A stretch of DNA of 43,901 nt, from assembly GCA_019358915.1 (NCBI GenBank), contig JAHHIM010000038.1, forward strand, positions 1 to 43,901, written 5' to 3'. This document shows positions 9,262 to 19,144 of this stretch, piece by piece. The notes beneath the pieces were generated by a model, which saw only the letters and a list, made by a program, of their open reading frames with translations, was not told the DNA's origin and searched no databases. Source of the DNA: Trichormus sp. ATA11-4-KO1 (GTDB lineage Bacteria; Cyanobacteriota; Cyanobacteriia; Cyanobacteriales; Nostocaceae). Every line of letters starts with the position of its first letter. Within the stretch, counting starts at the first letter, position 1. The translations under genes and the position numbers were made by a program.

Positions 9262-9654
9262 ACGAAGACCCACTATTTTTTGCCGACAGCATTTTCCTCA
9301 AAAGTTCAGAGAGAATCGAGTCGTTGGCAATGATTATGGGTTTATGTCTGCTGGTTTATACCTTGGCTCAACGTCAAAAAGAAGGGTGTGGGGTGCAGGG
9401 TGTGGGGTGTAGGGAAAATCAGTAGGGGCTTGAACCCACCACTGATTGAAGACCACCATACCGTAGGTTGGTGGGGGCTTGTACCCCTTTGTTTCGGGGG
9501 TAGAGTGTATCCCTACAACACGATTTTTCTTTTCTCCCTACCCCCTACACCCTACCCCCTACACCCTAGTTTTGGTCAAATCAGAACTGCACTCAGAAAA
9601 TCTAATTCCTCTCCGTAATTTCCCTCTGTGACAGTTTAGGGTGCGGAAGGTGGG
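9262..9654 (+). mobile_element. IS1634-family transposase 3' remnant with right terminal repeat
   Basis: DPLFFADSIFLKSSERIESLAMIMGLCLLVYTLAQRQ|IRTAL; end GGGTGCGGAAGGTGGG. Confidence 0.75.
9373..9574 (-). mobile_element. 202-bp heptamer-armed IS200/IS605-like non-autonomous element (minus strand TGAC|CAAAACTA...TTTTGAC)
   Basis: GGGTGTG/A and CCCTACA arms, double-hairpin core, removal rejoins LAQRQ-IRTAL. Confidence 0.85.
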
Positions 9655-9655
9655 A

Positions 9656-9910
9656 TTAAACTCTACGAGTATACGCAAAAAATGTAGCAATAGCTGCATC
9701 TACAATCGTATTTCTTAATTGATAAGATTCACTAGTACAAATGCAGAAAGCAATCGAAATGAACGAACACCAGCTAAACATTAAAATCCAATAATGGTAA
9801 TCAGAAAACAGAATAGTTGGGTATCTATCGACGATTATCTTTACAAATTTGCTCCCTATGAATGCAAAAGTAATAAACAAAACCAATTGTGCAATTACAA
9901 TAAAATCCAT
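9656..9910 (-). CDS. Small membrane protein
   Basis: 84 aa, hydrophobic segments, AGGAG SD. Confidence 0.65.
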   Translation of the reverse strand: MDFIVIAQLVLFITFAFIGSKFVKIIVDRYPTILFSDYHYWILMFSWCSFISIAFCICTSESYQLRNTIVDAAIATFFAYTRRV

Positions 9911-9997
9911 AGCATTCTCTCTCCTAGATTAAAATTATCATCAAAGCAAACTCAATTGCTTCACGTAGATTTCTTGTGAATGCTCACGCTTGATGTG

Positions 9998-10031
9998 AGC
10001 GATCTGCTTGCAGCGCTGCAAGTAGATCGCT
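9998..10031. repeat. 34-bp near-perfect palindrome with HIP1-derived ends
   Basis: AGCGATCTGCTTGCAGCGCTGCAAGTAGATCGCT. Confidence 0.75.
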
Positions 10032-10035
10032 CTGT

Positions 10036-10275
10036 TTATGTGTGGCTCAATTGCCAGCCTTGTCTTTGCAAGATTTGGTTCAAACGATTTTGGTATTTAT
10101 CCTTGAGTTGTTCTGCAAACTCTTGCGACATATAATTCTGATTTTCTAAATCTACTAAATCTTTTTTAATAGACTTAACTAAGCATTTGTCACAAATATA
10201 TTCAAAAGGCTGTAAATACTCTGAATCTCCGCATTTGTCGCACCCTGCTAAGACTACAATTTTGATAGTTTCCAT
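10036..10275 (-). CDS. Small Zn-finger-like protein
   Basis: CDKC..CDKC, AGGAG SD. Confidence 0.65.
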   Translation of the reverse strand: METIKIVVLAGCDKCGDSEYLQPFEYICDKCLVKSIKKDLVDLENQNYMSQEFAEQLKDKYQNRLNQILQRQGWQLSHT

Positions 10276-10367
10276 TTTTTTCTCCTAGTTAAAGTTGTCA
10301 AATCAAATAAATTCTTTGGGAGCAACTGTGCGCCTATTCTGCAAATATAGGCACACAGTTTAGTTAA

Positions 10368-10766
10368 TTAAGCGGATTTCTTGCGAGTTCTGCTACGCTT
10401 TTGAGGGGATTTAGCTGTGGTAGTGGATTGAATACTTTCGCTCTGTGCAGGTGGTAGTAATCTCAACGCAGGGAATGGTATTACTACTGTTTGCGGTTCG
10501 GTTGTAGTATTTTGAGGCTCTACTTCCAATTTCCAAGGGTCAGGAATTTCTTCAAACTGATATTCTTGATGTGCTTCAGATTCCGCAACAACATGATTAG
10601 GAATATCGTTGATTTCTGCAACTGGTGAAGGGGGTTGTGCAGAAACTATATATTTAGGTTGAGCGAAACTCAAGAAAATCCCATTAATGAAATCATTGAG
10701 CATGAAACTAATCATTGCCCAAAAGATAACTTCTATAGCTAAAGTGAGTGTGCTTTGAATATCCAT
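10368..10766 (-). CDS. Hypothetical protein with N-terminal TM segment and basic tail
   Basis: 132 aa, GGAG SD. Confidence 0.7.
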   Translation of the reverse strand: MDIQSTLTLAIEVIFWAMISFMLNDFINGIFLSFAQPKYIVSAQPPSPVAEINDIPNHVVAESEAHQEYQFEEIPDPWKLEVEPQNTTTEPQTVVIPFPALRLLPPAQSESIQSTTTAKSPQKRSRTRKKSA

Positions 10767-10851
10767 TTTATTGGCTCTCCAGAAATACTTTCATTTAAAT
10801 GACGCGTAGCGTTTCTAGCCCCGTACAAATGTGCGGGGCTTTGGTAAACCA

Positions 10852-11118
10852 TCAGAATGGTGCTTCAATTTCAGTAACTTGAATATTTAATGCTGAGATG
10901 AATTTAATATTTTCATGACACCAATTTGTGGAAAACTTAGAAAGATTGAGCAAACCTTCCAGAAGAAATACCTCATCTGTAGTGCGGAGATATTGCTTTT
11001 CTGCTTGGTTCCACTGTCTTTTGCTGCCATCAGAAACAGCAGCTAAAACCGAATTGAACAATTGTATACTCATACGAATTCTCGCTAAATCCTCATGAGT
11101 GTTGCGCGTAGCGTTCAA
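10852..11118 (-). CDS. Hypothetical protein
   Basis: 88-aa ORF between hairpins; start codon uncertain. Confidence 0.5.
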   Translation of the reverse strand: MNATRNTHEDLARIRMSIQLFNSVLAAVSDGSKRQWNQAEKQYLRTTDEVFLLEGLLNLSKFSTNWCHENIKFISALNIQVTEIEAPF

Positions 11119-11231
11119 TATATAGAAGCGAGATAGTTTTATCTATCTCGCTTTTACCTATTAATTTCGCCTTAGTTTTGATAGTGGAGTTGGGTTGAAA
11201 TGTAAATTACGTCCTCAACTCCACTATCTTC

Positions 11232-11741
11232 TCAAAATCCTTTGTACTTGACCCATGAATTCCACACATTTAGCACTGGCTTATTTTGACTTTTGGCATA
11301 CTTAATGCAATTGCCAGTACCACCAGAAGAGCCATCATATAGTGCGAGTACTTTTGTACAATTATCTATCATGTATTCATTGCGGTTTTGCATTTTCGCA
11401 GCACTATATCCTGAACTGGAATTAGCGTACCTGCCCATTTTATCTACGCAAATAATCCGAGTACTGCACATCAGTAGATGATCGTAGCGAACCTGATCAT
11501 TATGATTCCATTTGCACTCTTGACCTTCAAAGGGGATAGCTGCAATTAGAGGAATGTTCAACTCGATAGCGGCTGTAGCCAAGGACTGATCAAATCCTAG
11601 AGCCATGCCAGAAATAACTTGATCCGGCTGAAGTCTCTCCAAAGATGCTTGGCACAGTGCTACAAGTCGAGTAAAAACTTTATTTGAATAACCACCAAGT
11701 TTTTCAGGACGGTGACCTGTACCAGCGATGATTTTAGTCAT
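11232..11741 (-). CDS. SLOG superfamily protein (YspA/DUF1273-like)
   Basis: TGHRP, SGMALGFD, RNEYMID, GGTGNC motifs. Confidence 0.85.
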   Translation of the reverse strand: MTKIIAGTGHRPEKLGGYSNKVFTRLVALCQASLERLQPDQVISGMALGFDQSLATAAIELNIPLIAAIPFEGQECKWNHNDQVRYDHLLMCSTRIICVDKMGRYANSSSGYSAAKMQNRNEYMIDNCTKVLALYDGSSGGTGNCIKYAKSQNKPVLNVWNSWVKYKGF

Positions 11742-11869
11742 ACGAATACTCCTAATTTCATAACTAAACTCACTACTTTTCAGGCGTAGCCTTATGTACT
11801 TGAAATCTCTACTACAAAAGTTAAGATTCTAGTTGGTGGGAACAAACAATATCCAATTCAAACTAAACA

Positions 11870-12109
11870 ATGCCAAGCAAAGAAATATACGTCCGAGAAT
11901 ACACAGTCAGAGCGCACAAACGAGAGATTCACACCCGCGTCTTTAAATTCATTTGCAAACAATGCGATCAACCAACCGAACGCGAAACTTATGGCCCTCG
12001 TCCTTTGTACTGTGAGCAATGCCGTCCGCCGCAACCTCCTAAGAAATCACCAGTGCCTCTTAACAAACGCAAGCCTAGACCTATAACTTATCGTAGTAAT
12101 GAGAGCTAG
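11870..12109 (+). CDS. Small Zn-ribbon protein
   Basis: CKQC..YCEQC, basic. Confidence 0.7.
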   Translation: MPSKEIYVREYTVRAHKREIHTRVFKFICKQCDQPTERETYGPRPLYCEQCRPPQPPKKSPVPLNKRKPRPITYRSNES

Positions 12110-12167
12110 GTGGTATGATTTTCGATACTTGAGATATCAAGCCTGAAGGGATAAATTTTCCAAAATT

Positions 12168-13139
12168 ATGTCCACCCAAAGTTCTGATCCACTTCACGTC
12201 TACCTGCAAGAGATTGGCCGTTACCCAATGCTGACCCCAGAGCAAGAGATTACTTGCAGTAGGCAAGTGCAGCAGATGATGCTAATTGAGCAACAGAAAC
12301 ACGCCCTGATGCAAAAACTACATCGAGAGCCAACTTTGGCTGAATTGGCTGCTGATATTGACAAAAGTGAAACTGAGTTAAGCAACATTCTTCGCCAAGG
12401 TCAGCAAGCTAAACAAAAAATGATTACAGCGAATTTACGCTTGGTGGTAGCGATCGCCAAAAAGTACAAGTGGTGTAATTTGGAACTTTTGGACTTAATT
12501 CAAGAAGGTGCGATAGGTTTGCACAAAGCGGTAGAGAAGTTCGACCCCAATCGAGGTTACAGATTCTCTACCTGTGCCTATTGGTGGATTCGACAAGCAA
12601 TCATGGGAGCAGTTGCCGAAAAATCCCGTACAGTTCGTCTACCATTGCATTTGACCGATAAACTGCTGCAAATCAAGAAAATACAGCACGAAATAGCGAA
12701 AACACAGGGTCGCAGTGCCACAATCACAGAAATAGCTCAAGCTTTAGGTACACAGCCAAATCAGATTTGGGAATATCTGGGTGCATTTCGCCCACTTGTT
12801 TCTTTGGACGTGCGAATTGGGGAGGAGCGAGATACAGAACTTCAGGAAATTTTGCCTGATGAAAACATCTCTCCAGATGAGCTTCTGATTCAGGAATTTT
12901 TTCAACAAGATTTTGACAATTGGTTAGGAGCGCTCTCCCCAATCCAACAACAAGTCTTAACACTGCGGTTTGGATTGAGGAGCGATTGTGCGGAGTACAG
13001 TGCCCAAAGCAAGCTCACTGTGAAGCAAATTGGAGAAAGGCTGAATATCCCTCCATCACGAGTCAGTTATATTCAACAACAAGCGATGAAAATTCTGTAT
13101 TCTCAACAAGAACAAATACGCCCGTACTTAGCTTCTTGA
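12168..13139 (+). CDS. Group-2 sigma-70 factor (plasmid-borne)
   Basis: YLQEIGR, ANLRLVVAIAKKY, DLIQEG, KFDPNRGYRFSTCAYWWIRQ. Confidence 0.93.
   Translation: MSTQSSDPLHVYLQEIGRYPMLTPEQEITCSRQVQQMMLIEQQKHALMQKLHREPTLAELAADIDKSETELSNILRQGQQAKQKMITANLRLVVAIAKKYKWCNLELLDLIQEGAIGLHKAVEKFDPNRGYRFSTCAYWWIRQAIMGAVAEKSRTVRLPLHLTDKLLQIKKIQHEIAKTQGRSATITEIAQALGTQPNQIWEYLGAFRPLVSLDVRIGEERDTELQEILPDENISPDELLIQEFFQQDFDNWLGALSPIQQQVLTLRFGLRSDCAEYSAQSKLTVKQIGERLNIPPSRVSYIQQQAMKILYSQQEQIRPYLAS
12982..13010. repeat. 21-nt in-frame SDR-like insertion in a HIP1-like site within sigma region 4
   Basis: GCGAT[TGTGCGGAGTACAGTGCCCAA]AGC adds 7 codons after LRFGLRSD. Confidence 0.55.
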
Positions 13140-13265
13140 ATCACCAAAATTTGGACTCTTGTGGTGCCTGTTAAATTTTTTGACTACATTCTATAACTAA
13201 TACCAAATTATTGTGAAGTTGCAGAAATCAAGCGAAAATTGAAAGGATGGTGAAAATAAAAGTTA

Positions 13266-14375
13266 ATGGACGATCAACCACAATTACCCTCTGCTCCTGA
13301 TAGCTTTGTTAATCCACTGTTAAAATTACGAGAATATTATGCTCCTATTGTAGGAAAGTACGAAAAGTTATACACCGAAGCCTTAGCAAATCTCAATCAT
13401 GTAGAAGCATTATTATCTGTTTGGTCTGATAACGGCAACCTGCCAACTCTAGAGGTGATGAATAAGCCAGTCGCTTCTAATTTAAAAAACTTGCCCTTGG
13501 AGGATAATGATTTCACCCCTGAGCCAAAAGTTAACTTAGTAGAGCCTGTTAGTTCTCAACTGTCTGCAACAGAAAATTTGTCGTCTTTTGCAAAGCAAGA
13601 GGTAGTTACATCCGTACCCGAAGGAAATAGTGATCGCATTATTAAACAACCAGTTGAATTGGTAGAGCTAATTGATTTTGTGCCAAAAACTTCAGAATCA
13701 CAAGAAGAGGACGATTCATCAGAGTCAATATCTACGGACACAAAGACACCAGAAGAATCTCCAGAGAAATCGCTCTCTTGGTCAGAAATTCCCATGCTAC
13801 CGCAATACCAATCTCTAAACCGCACTGAAGCAATTCTCAAGGTATTGCAGAAACATGCTGGAAGTGTCTGTCACATAAGTTTGATCATGCGATCGCTCTA
13901 TGGTGATCTACAGCCAGAAGCTTTGAAAGTAGTAAAAGGTAGAGTTCATTCATCATTGACTCATGGCAAAGAAAGCGGTAGATGGTCATTGATTCCAGAC
14001 GAACCTGGGTGTTACACGCTGGATTTGAAACTACTCAATTCTAATGGTCGTAGTTCTTCTAAGCAGAGCAAAAATAGAAAACCTTCACCAGTAGCAAAAA
14101 CCAATCTCATCCCCATGATTGGAGAATTTTCTGGACAAGTTCTGATTGATGCCATTAGCTCTTTACTGGAAAAAAATCCCGGTAAAATATTTACTATAGC
14201 TGAAGTAATTAATGGACTGTGCGGAGAACTTGATGGTCAAGAATTTAATCAGATCAAGTCCAAGGTAGTAAAAGAATTATCACGAGGACATCGTACAGGA
14301 CGATTCTCAAGAGTGCCTGAACAAATAGGACTTTACACCTGGGACTCGAAGTTGCTCCCCAAAGGTAAACGCTAG
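13266..14375 (+). CDS. Hypothetical protein with two related C-terminal winged-helix-like repeats
   Basis: Repeats AI..L.K..G...I.....L.G.L.....K..V...L..G...GR.S.P...G.YT.D. Confidence 0.75.
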   Translation: MDDQPQLPSAPDSFVNPLLKLREYYAPIVGKYEKLYTEALANLNHVEALLSVWSDNGNLPTLEVMNKPVASNLKNLPLEDNDFTPEPKVNLVEPVSSQLSATENLSSFAKQEVVTSVPEGNSDRIIKQPVELVELIDFVPKTSESQEEDDSSESISTDTKTPEESPEKSLSWSEIPMLPQYQSLNRTEAILKVLQKHAGSVCHISLIMRSLYGDLQPEALKVVKGRVHSSLTHGKESGRWSLIPDEPGCYTLDLKLLNSNGRSSSKQSKNRKPSPVAKTNLIPMIGEFSGQVLIDAISSLLEKNPGKIFTIAEVINGLCGELDGQEFNQIKSKVVKELSRGHRTGRFSRVPEQIGLYTWDSKLLPKGKR

Positions 14376-14403
14376 TTGAATGAAGGTAAACGCTAGTTGA
14401 ATG
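14362..14403. repeat. 21-bp perfect tandem duplication spanning the stop codon
   Basis: AAGGTAAACGCTAGTTGAATG x2. Confidence 0.85.
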
Positions 14404-14422
14404 CATTTACCAAAACTCATCT

Positions 14423-14842
14423 TTAATAGGGAGCGCTCCCAATCATAAAATCAAAATTACCTTCACCTCTGCTTCTCTTTAATGTTTCCATAATTTTTTG
14501 TGGATTATCGTGAGGGCCACTGACATAGAATGGTTTGCCATTACGACCACATTCAATACGTACTTTCCCATCCCATTCTCCGATGTGCGAACGCGATTTT
14601 TCAAAGTCTTTGTGTGGTTTAAACCCTAATCTTTCTGCGTATTCGCAAGCACTAAATATCATCCCTTGGGCAACTTCAAGGGGAATCTCTTGCGGTTTTC
14701 CACCAAATGGCTCGAACAGTGCTTCTGTAAATTCTTTAAATTTTATCCTGTCTATTGTACGTGGTGGCATGGTATCTTTAATGCCTAAGCACCATATATC
14801 TAAAAGATAACTACAGCTTACTTTAACAGCCGGACTCTTCAC
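14423..14842 (-). CDS. Hypothetical protein, probably 5'-truncated
   Basis: YLLDIWCLGIKD..YAERLGFKPH..GKPFYVSGPHD; no convincing start. Confidence 0.6.
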   Translation of the reverse strand: MKSPAVKVSCSYLLDIWCLGIKDTMPPRTIDRIKFKEFTEALFEPFGGKPQEIPLEVAQGMIFSACEYAERLGFKPHKDFEKSRSHIGEWDGKVRIECGRNGKPFYVSGPHDNPQKIMETLKRSRGEGNFDFMIGSAPY

Positions 14843-14962
14843 TTGAATGATGTGTCAGCTAAAATAATAGTGAAACTCAATGTGATATGTAACTATTATG
14901 GTTTTAAATACAGATAAAATATTATTAATCACTTCAAATAAATTTCAAAAACCCCAAATTGA

Positions 14963-15847
14963 ATGACTCGATTTGTACATGATGAATTTGCCAAAGATTA
15001 TCTAGAAGAACTGTTAAAACCTTATGGGGAAGTAAAATCCTCACAAAAAGTATCAGGAGAGATTAAAGAAATTGATGTGTTATTTACTCCATTAGCACAG
15101 CAAAACTCTAATATAGAATTGTTAGGGCTACTAGGAAGATTTGCCGAATTTCCGGCAATATTAGAACCATTTCGCAATGCAGCTTCTGGTGATGAAATCT
15201 GTGATTGTATTCAAAAGTTATTAGAAGTAAAAGCTGGATTGCGACGAGATGCTAAAGCGAATAAAACCAAACTCCAGGATTCAAATATTCCTAAATTATG
15301 GGTTCTGACTCCAACTGCATCCCCAGCAATACTATCGAGCTTTAATGTTAATCAGAAATCGGGGTGGTTGCCAGGAATATACTTTTTAGGTGATGCCTTA
15401 AGAACTGCAATTGTTGCTATTCACCAACTGCCGCAAACATCGGAAACCTTGTGGTTAAGAATACTGGGTAGAGGACGTGTGCAGTCACAAGCAATTGTGG
15501 AATTATCAGTGTTACCATCTAATCATCCATATAAGCAGGCGACGCTAGAATTAGTTTACAACTTGCGCCAGAATTTGAGAATTAATCAAAACTTAGAATC
15601 AGATGATTTGGAGTTAATTATGCGATTAGAACCACTTTATCAGCAAGACCGCGAAAAAGCTAAAAAAGAAGGACAACAGGATTTAATTATACGTCTAATA
15701 AATCGTCGTTTCGGTGAAATTGATGTATCGTTGATTGAACGAATTCGAGGATTATCTATTGAGCAATTGGAGGGGTTAGTAGAGGCGTTATTAGATTTTT
15801 CCGTTGTGACAGATTTAGAAGTTTGGTTAAACCAGCAAGCCGGATAA
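14963..15847 (+). CDS. Rpn-like PD-(D/E)XK protein with C-terminal DUF4351
   Basis: HDEFAKDYL, EIDVLF, RRFGEI..LSIEQLEGL.EALLDF..DL..WL. Confidence 0.8.
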   Translation: MTRFVHDEFAKDYLEELLKPYGEVKSSQKVSGEIKEIDVLFTPLAQQNSNIELLGLLGRFAEFPAILEPFRNAASGDEICDCIQKLLEVKAGLRRDAKANKTKLQDSNIPKLWVLTPTASPAILSSFNVNQKSGWLPGIYFLGDALRTAIVAIHQLPQTSETLWLRILGRGRVQSQAIVELSVLPSNHPYKQATLELVYNLRQNLRINQNLESDDLELIMRLEPLYQQDREKAKKEGQQDLIIRLINRRFGEIDVSLIERIRGLSIEQLEGLVEALLDFSVVTDLEVWLNQQAG

Positions 15848-15856
15848 TAACGCAAC

Positions 15857-18800
15857 CTACACCGCCACTAACCAATCGCACACCACAGACTTGCATCCGC
15901 CTCCAAAGTTAACCCAAACCTGCCACTGGCCCACGCAGGCATTCCAGTAAGGCTCCCCATCAGCAATACCAACAGCCTCGCCAATCCTGGAGACTAGCTC
16001 AGTGTAAAACCGATCCGCGCTCTCTAACCCCTGCTGCAATCTCAGTTTTAGCCCCTTCCAGCCTTGGATAAGAGTTTGGGGAATATCATGTGTGTCAGTA
16101 ACGTGAGTTTGTAACTCTACATTATTGCTGCCTGACACCAAATCAGAATTGTGGGATGTTGTGTCAGTAACTGGCGTGATTATATCTATATTGGTGACTG
16201 ACACCGACTCTTGTTGTGATACTTCATCCCGACTCAACCATTGGCGGAAAATCAAATCACGATCATCGTTGGGTGGAACAAACTGATAAACACACTGGCG
16301 GTTTTCCCTCGCACCCAAGCGACCCACATAGTCCAGTTTCAAATCAATCTTTGCCAGTAATTTTTGAGCGATCGCAATTGGTGTGTGTTTTTCACAGATT
16401 GTCACCGCCAAGTAATTCTTAAGAACGTGCCGATGTTGAACAGCCAACGCTTTTAACTCTTGCATCTTGTCATCGGTTCCCCGCAGCATCACTCCAGGCG
16501 TAAGCAACTGCAACAGATTGAGATTTTCCAACAACATCACCGCGCTTAACATCTGCCCTTTGTTAAAATCCGGCTTCCAAACCGAATTCTCCCCAGCTTC
16601 TAATTGCGCCTTTGCTCGTTTAGCATCACGATTTATCAGATACTCCCGCCCCAGCGTCAGATAATAGTGCATCCGCAGTTGAGGATACCAGCCGTCATCA
16701 TCCTTCTCGACCAAGTTAGGAGTCACATCAATTTCATAGCGACGGGATAATTCCGTCTTGCGCTGCTGGTGTCGTTCAGTTTTGGTTTTGGCACGCTTAT
16801 CTTGCAGCTTCTTGAGTTCAGTTTGGGAAAGTTCATCAGCAGAGGCGATCGCCTGACACTCAGCAGTATATAAGTCCTTAGAAGCAGCCTTCACCTCCTC
16901 AACGACTTGCCCACTCTCATCCTCATCGATGTCATCGGCATCAATAATTGTGTACCCATCCGCTACCAACCCAGCAAGTACAGATTCTTCATACCGTCGC
17001 ATTTCAACGTTAATTACACATCCGCGTTTGCCCCAAGTCTGTAATGATTCTGGCTGAAAATTCTGGTCAATATAACTCAAATCCGCATTGTCCGCAGCTG
17101 ACAGCAGCGCAATATTCGCACGTGTTGCGCTATGTTGACTACCCAACAATACGCCCATCGATGTAGAACCATTGCCCACAGTCCCTATACCCTGCTTTCT
17201 CACCCATATATGACGGTCAACAGTTTCCCGTAACCTTGCCAACATCTGACGTACAGAGTTAACTGGTTGTACTCCCTGAAATATCCCCCAAACAGCGTCA
17301 AAATGACCTCTGATATCAATTGATACACCAGTTTCCAAACTTGGGGAAGCTATCACTAGGTCGTACTGGGTCAGAATTTCGTTAAGATGAGCGATGCAAC
17401 CAAACGCCGGATGTGAGGGATCAGCCACAGATTCGCTGTCAATTCGCAAGATTCGTAAGTGGGGAAATTTCCGCCTAAAGCGTTCTTCAAGTGCTTGTGT
17501 TCCCCATTTGGATTTGACTTTCTGGGCAGAACAACACAATAAATGATGTCCTCCAGTAGCAATTGCTTTGTCCAATGCTGCAATTAAATCTTTGGGATTT
17601 TTGCCACCGTAGTTGTAACAATTACCAGCATTGTGGCGATAGTTGTTGACGATCACGAATGGATTAACTCGACATTCCCCCGCTAGTGATAAAACATACT
17701 TAACATCATTATCTGACACATCGGCAGAAGACAGATAAATCTTGCCGTGTTCGCTGCCCAAAACATTCTGTACCAGTTGTTTAAGGTTTTTCAGGACAGA
17801 TACCCGACGTTTTTGCACCTCGGTTCCAGAGTTGAGCAGATGCCAGAAAACTTGATCGCACTCGTCTATGATGACAATATCATTCGTCCAGTCACTGGGA
17901 TTAAATCGAGCTTGGCTTTCATGATGCAGTGAATCAACACATACGCCATATCCGAGCAAGTCGCCTGTTTCGGAACCGTGAACTTCTGTAATATAGTTGA
18001 CACCGAAGCGATTACACAATGCCTCGCCCAGTTGGATGCGATGGGTGAGAATTAACACCCGTCGCCCTTGTTCATGAGCTTTCGCCACTTCACCAGACAG
18101 CCACTCGGTTTTACCCGAACCTTTGGGTGCTTTGAGGATAATCAGTTTTTCGCCTTCGGGAACAAGCAACTGATCCAGGAATCTTTGATTGAGTGCGATC
18201 GCCGGCGGATAAGTCAGCAGCGTAAATAGCTTGATTTCCCATAATTCAAGTGTTTCGGCTGTATTATAAAGTGCGTGAAAAGCGTCTTGTCCCTTGGCCA
18301 CAATAAAATCATCAACCCCTTTTTCCTGTCCAGCAGGTAAATCAATCACTCGCAGCGAACAGCCTTCATTGAAGAGCAGCCGTCCCATGCGACTGATGGC
18401 AGTTCTGACACGCTGAACTGTTTGGGGGTTATTGTCCTGGTCAAAGCAAATGTTCACTTGTCTACCTTTTGTGGCAAAGTGTTTCAGGTCGGGGATGAGA
18501 AAAGGTTTACCAATGTTTCGACTCCGCTCAACACAAGTGGCAGTACCGTACTCGTCTTGCGGGGTGCGGTATCCGCTGTTGACACCGGGCAAGGCGATCG
18601 CAGCATAACCAGCCGACAGTAATGCAGCTGCTTTTTTGGCTCCTTCGACAATTATTATTGGGACATTGTGCTTCCAAACCCAATGCCAGAAACCACCAGG
18701 ATGTTGTAGGTCTTCTTCAGTGATAGGGATACCGTAACGGTTTGAGACTTTCACCCAACTCTTGTTAGGGACTCGCAAAAAGAAAGCGCGGGTCTGTTCT

Positions 18801-19144
18801 TTGTAGGGGTGTTCGTACTTGATGAACTTGTGGATCTTTTGGTGATCGCGTCGAGGATGATCTGGTTTGAAGCAACCCCACATCATTGATACATAATTAT
18901 TCAACGGATCAACACCCGAACACCACCAGCCCTCCAGTTCGATATGCTGGTATTTCTTCAAGTCCCTGTCTCGTAGCCGTCCATCGTTACGGCGGGATAT
19001 TTTGGGGCTGTAGAGCAGATATTCGTAGGGTGAAGTACCAGAGAGCGATCGCACATTCAGGGCAATTATTTCTTCGTCAACCCCACTGTCTAGCCATTCT
19101 TGTAAGTGCTTGGATATCATATCCCCTCCAATATTTTTACGCAT
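15857..19144 (-). CDS. Plasmid replication protein, CyRepA1 family (DUF3854 TOPRIM-like plus helicase-like domain)
   Basis: KYEHP, IVEGAKKA, FDQD, KGVDD, APKGSGKT, IIDECDQ, SPSLETGVSID. Confidence 0.9.
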   Translation of the reverse strand: MRKNIGGDMISKHLQEWLDSGVDEEIIALNVRSLSGTSPYEYLLYSPKISRRNDGRLRDRDLKKYQHIELEGWWCSGVDPLNNYVSMMWGCFKPDHPRRDHQKIHKFIKYEHPYKEQTRAFFLRVPNKSWVKVSNRYGIPITEEDLQHPGGFWHWVWKHNVPIIIVEGAKKAAALLSAGYAAIALPGVNSGYRTPQDEYGTATCVERSRNIGKPFLIPDLKHFATKGRQVNICFDQDNNPQTVQRVRTAISRMGRLLFNEGCSLRVIDLPAGQEKGVDDFIVAKGQDAFHALYNTAETLELWEIKLFTLLTYPPAIALNQRFLDQLLVPEGEKLIILKAPKGSGKTEWLSGEVAKAHEQGRRVLILTHRIQLGEALCNRFGVNYITEVHGSETGDLLGYGVCVDSLHHESQARFNPSDWTNDIVIIDECDQVFWHLLNSGTEVQKRRVSVLKNLKQLVQNVLGSEHGKIYLSSADVSDNDVKYVLSLAGECRVNPFVIVNNYRHNAGNCYNYGGKNPKDLIAALDKAIATGGHHLLCCSAQKVKSKWGTQALEERFRRKFPHLRILRIDSESVADPSHPAFGCIAHLNEILTQYDLVIASPSLETGVSIDIRGHFDAVWGIFQGVQPVNSVRQMLARLRETVDRHIWVRKQGIGTVGNGSTSMGVLLGSQHSATRANIALLSAADNADLSYIDQNFQPESLQTWGKRGCVINVEMRRYEESVLAGLVADGYTIIDADDIDEDESGQVVEEVKAASKDLYTAECQAIASADELSQTELKKLQDKRAKTKTERHQQRKTELSRRYEIDVTPNLVEKDDDGWYPQLRMHYYLTLGREYLINRDAKRAKAQLEAGENSVWKPDFNKGQMLSAVMLLENLNLLQLLTPGVMLRGTDDKMQELKALAVQHRHVLKNYLAVTICEKHTPIAIAQKLLAKIDLKLDYVGRLGARENRQCVYQFVPPNDDRDLIFRQWLSRDEVSQQESVSVTNIDIITPVTDTTSHNSDLVSGSNNVELQTHVTDTHDIPQTLIQGWKGLKLRLQQGLESADRFYTELVSRIGEAVGIADGEPYWNACVGQWQVWVNFGGGCKSVVCDWLVAV
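18515..18538. repeat. 24-nt in-frame SDR1-like insertion in rep
   Basis: GTTTCGACTCCGCTCAACACAAGT encodes extra TCVERSRN between EYGTA and IGKP. Confidence 0.7.

Noticed and set aside
9415..9490. tRNA genes, suggested by GGGTTCAAGCCC T-arm-like motifs
   Set aside because: No cloverleaf, acceptor stem or anticodon arm; the motifs belong to the mini-element core
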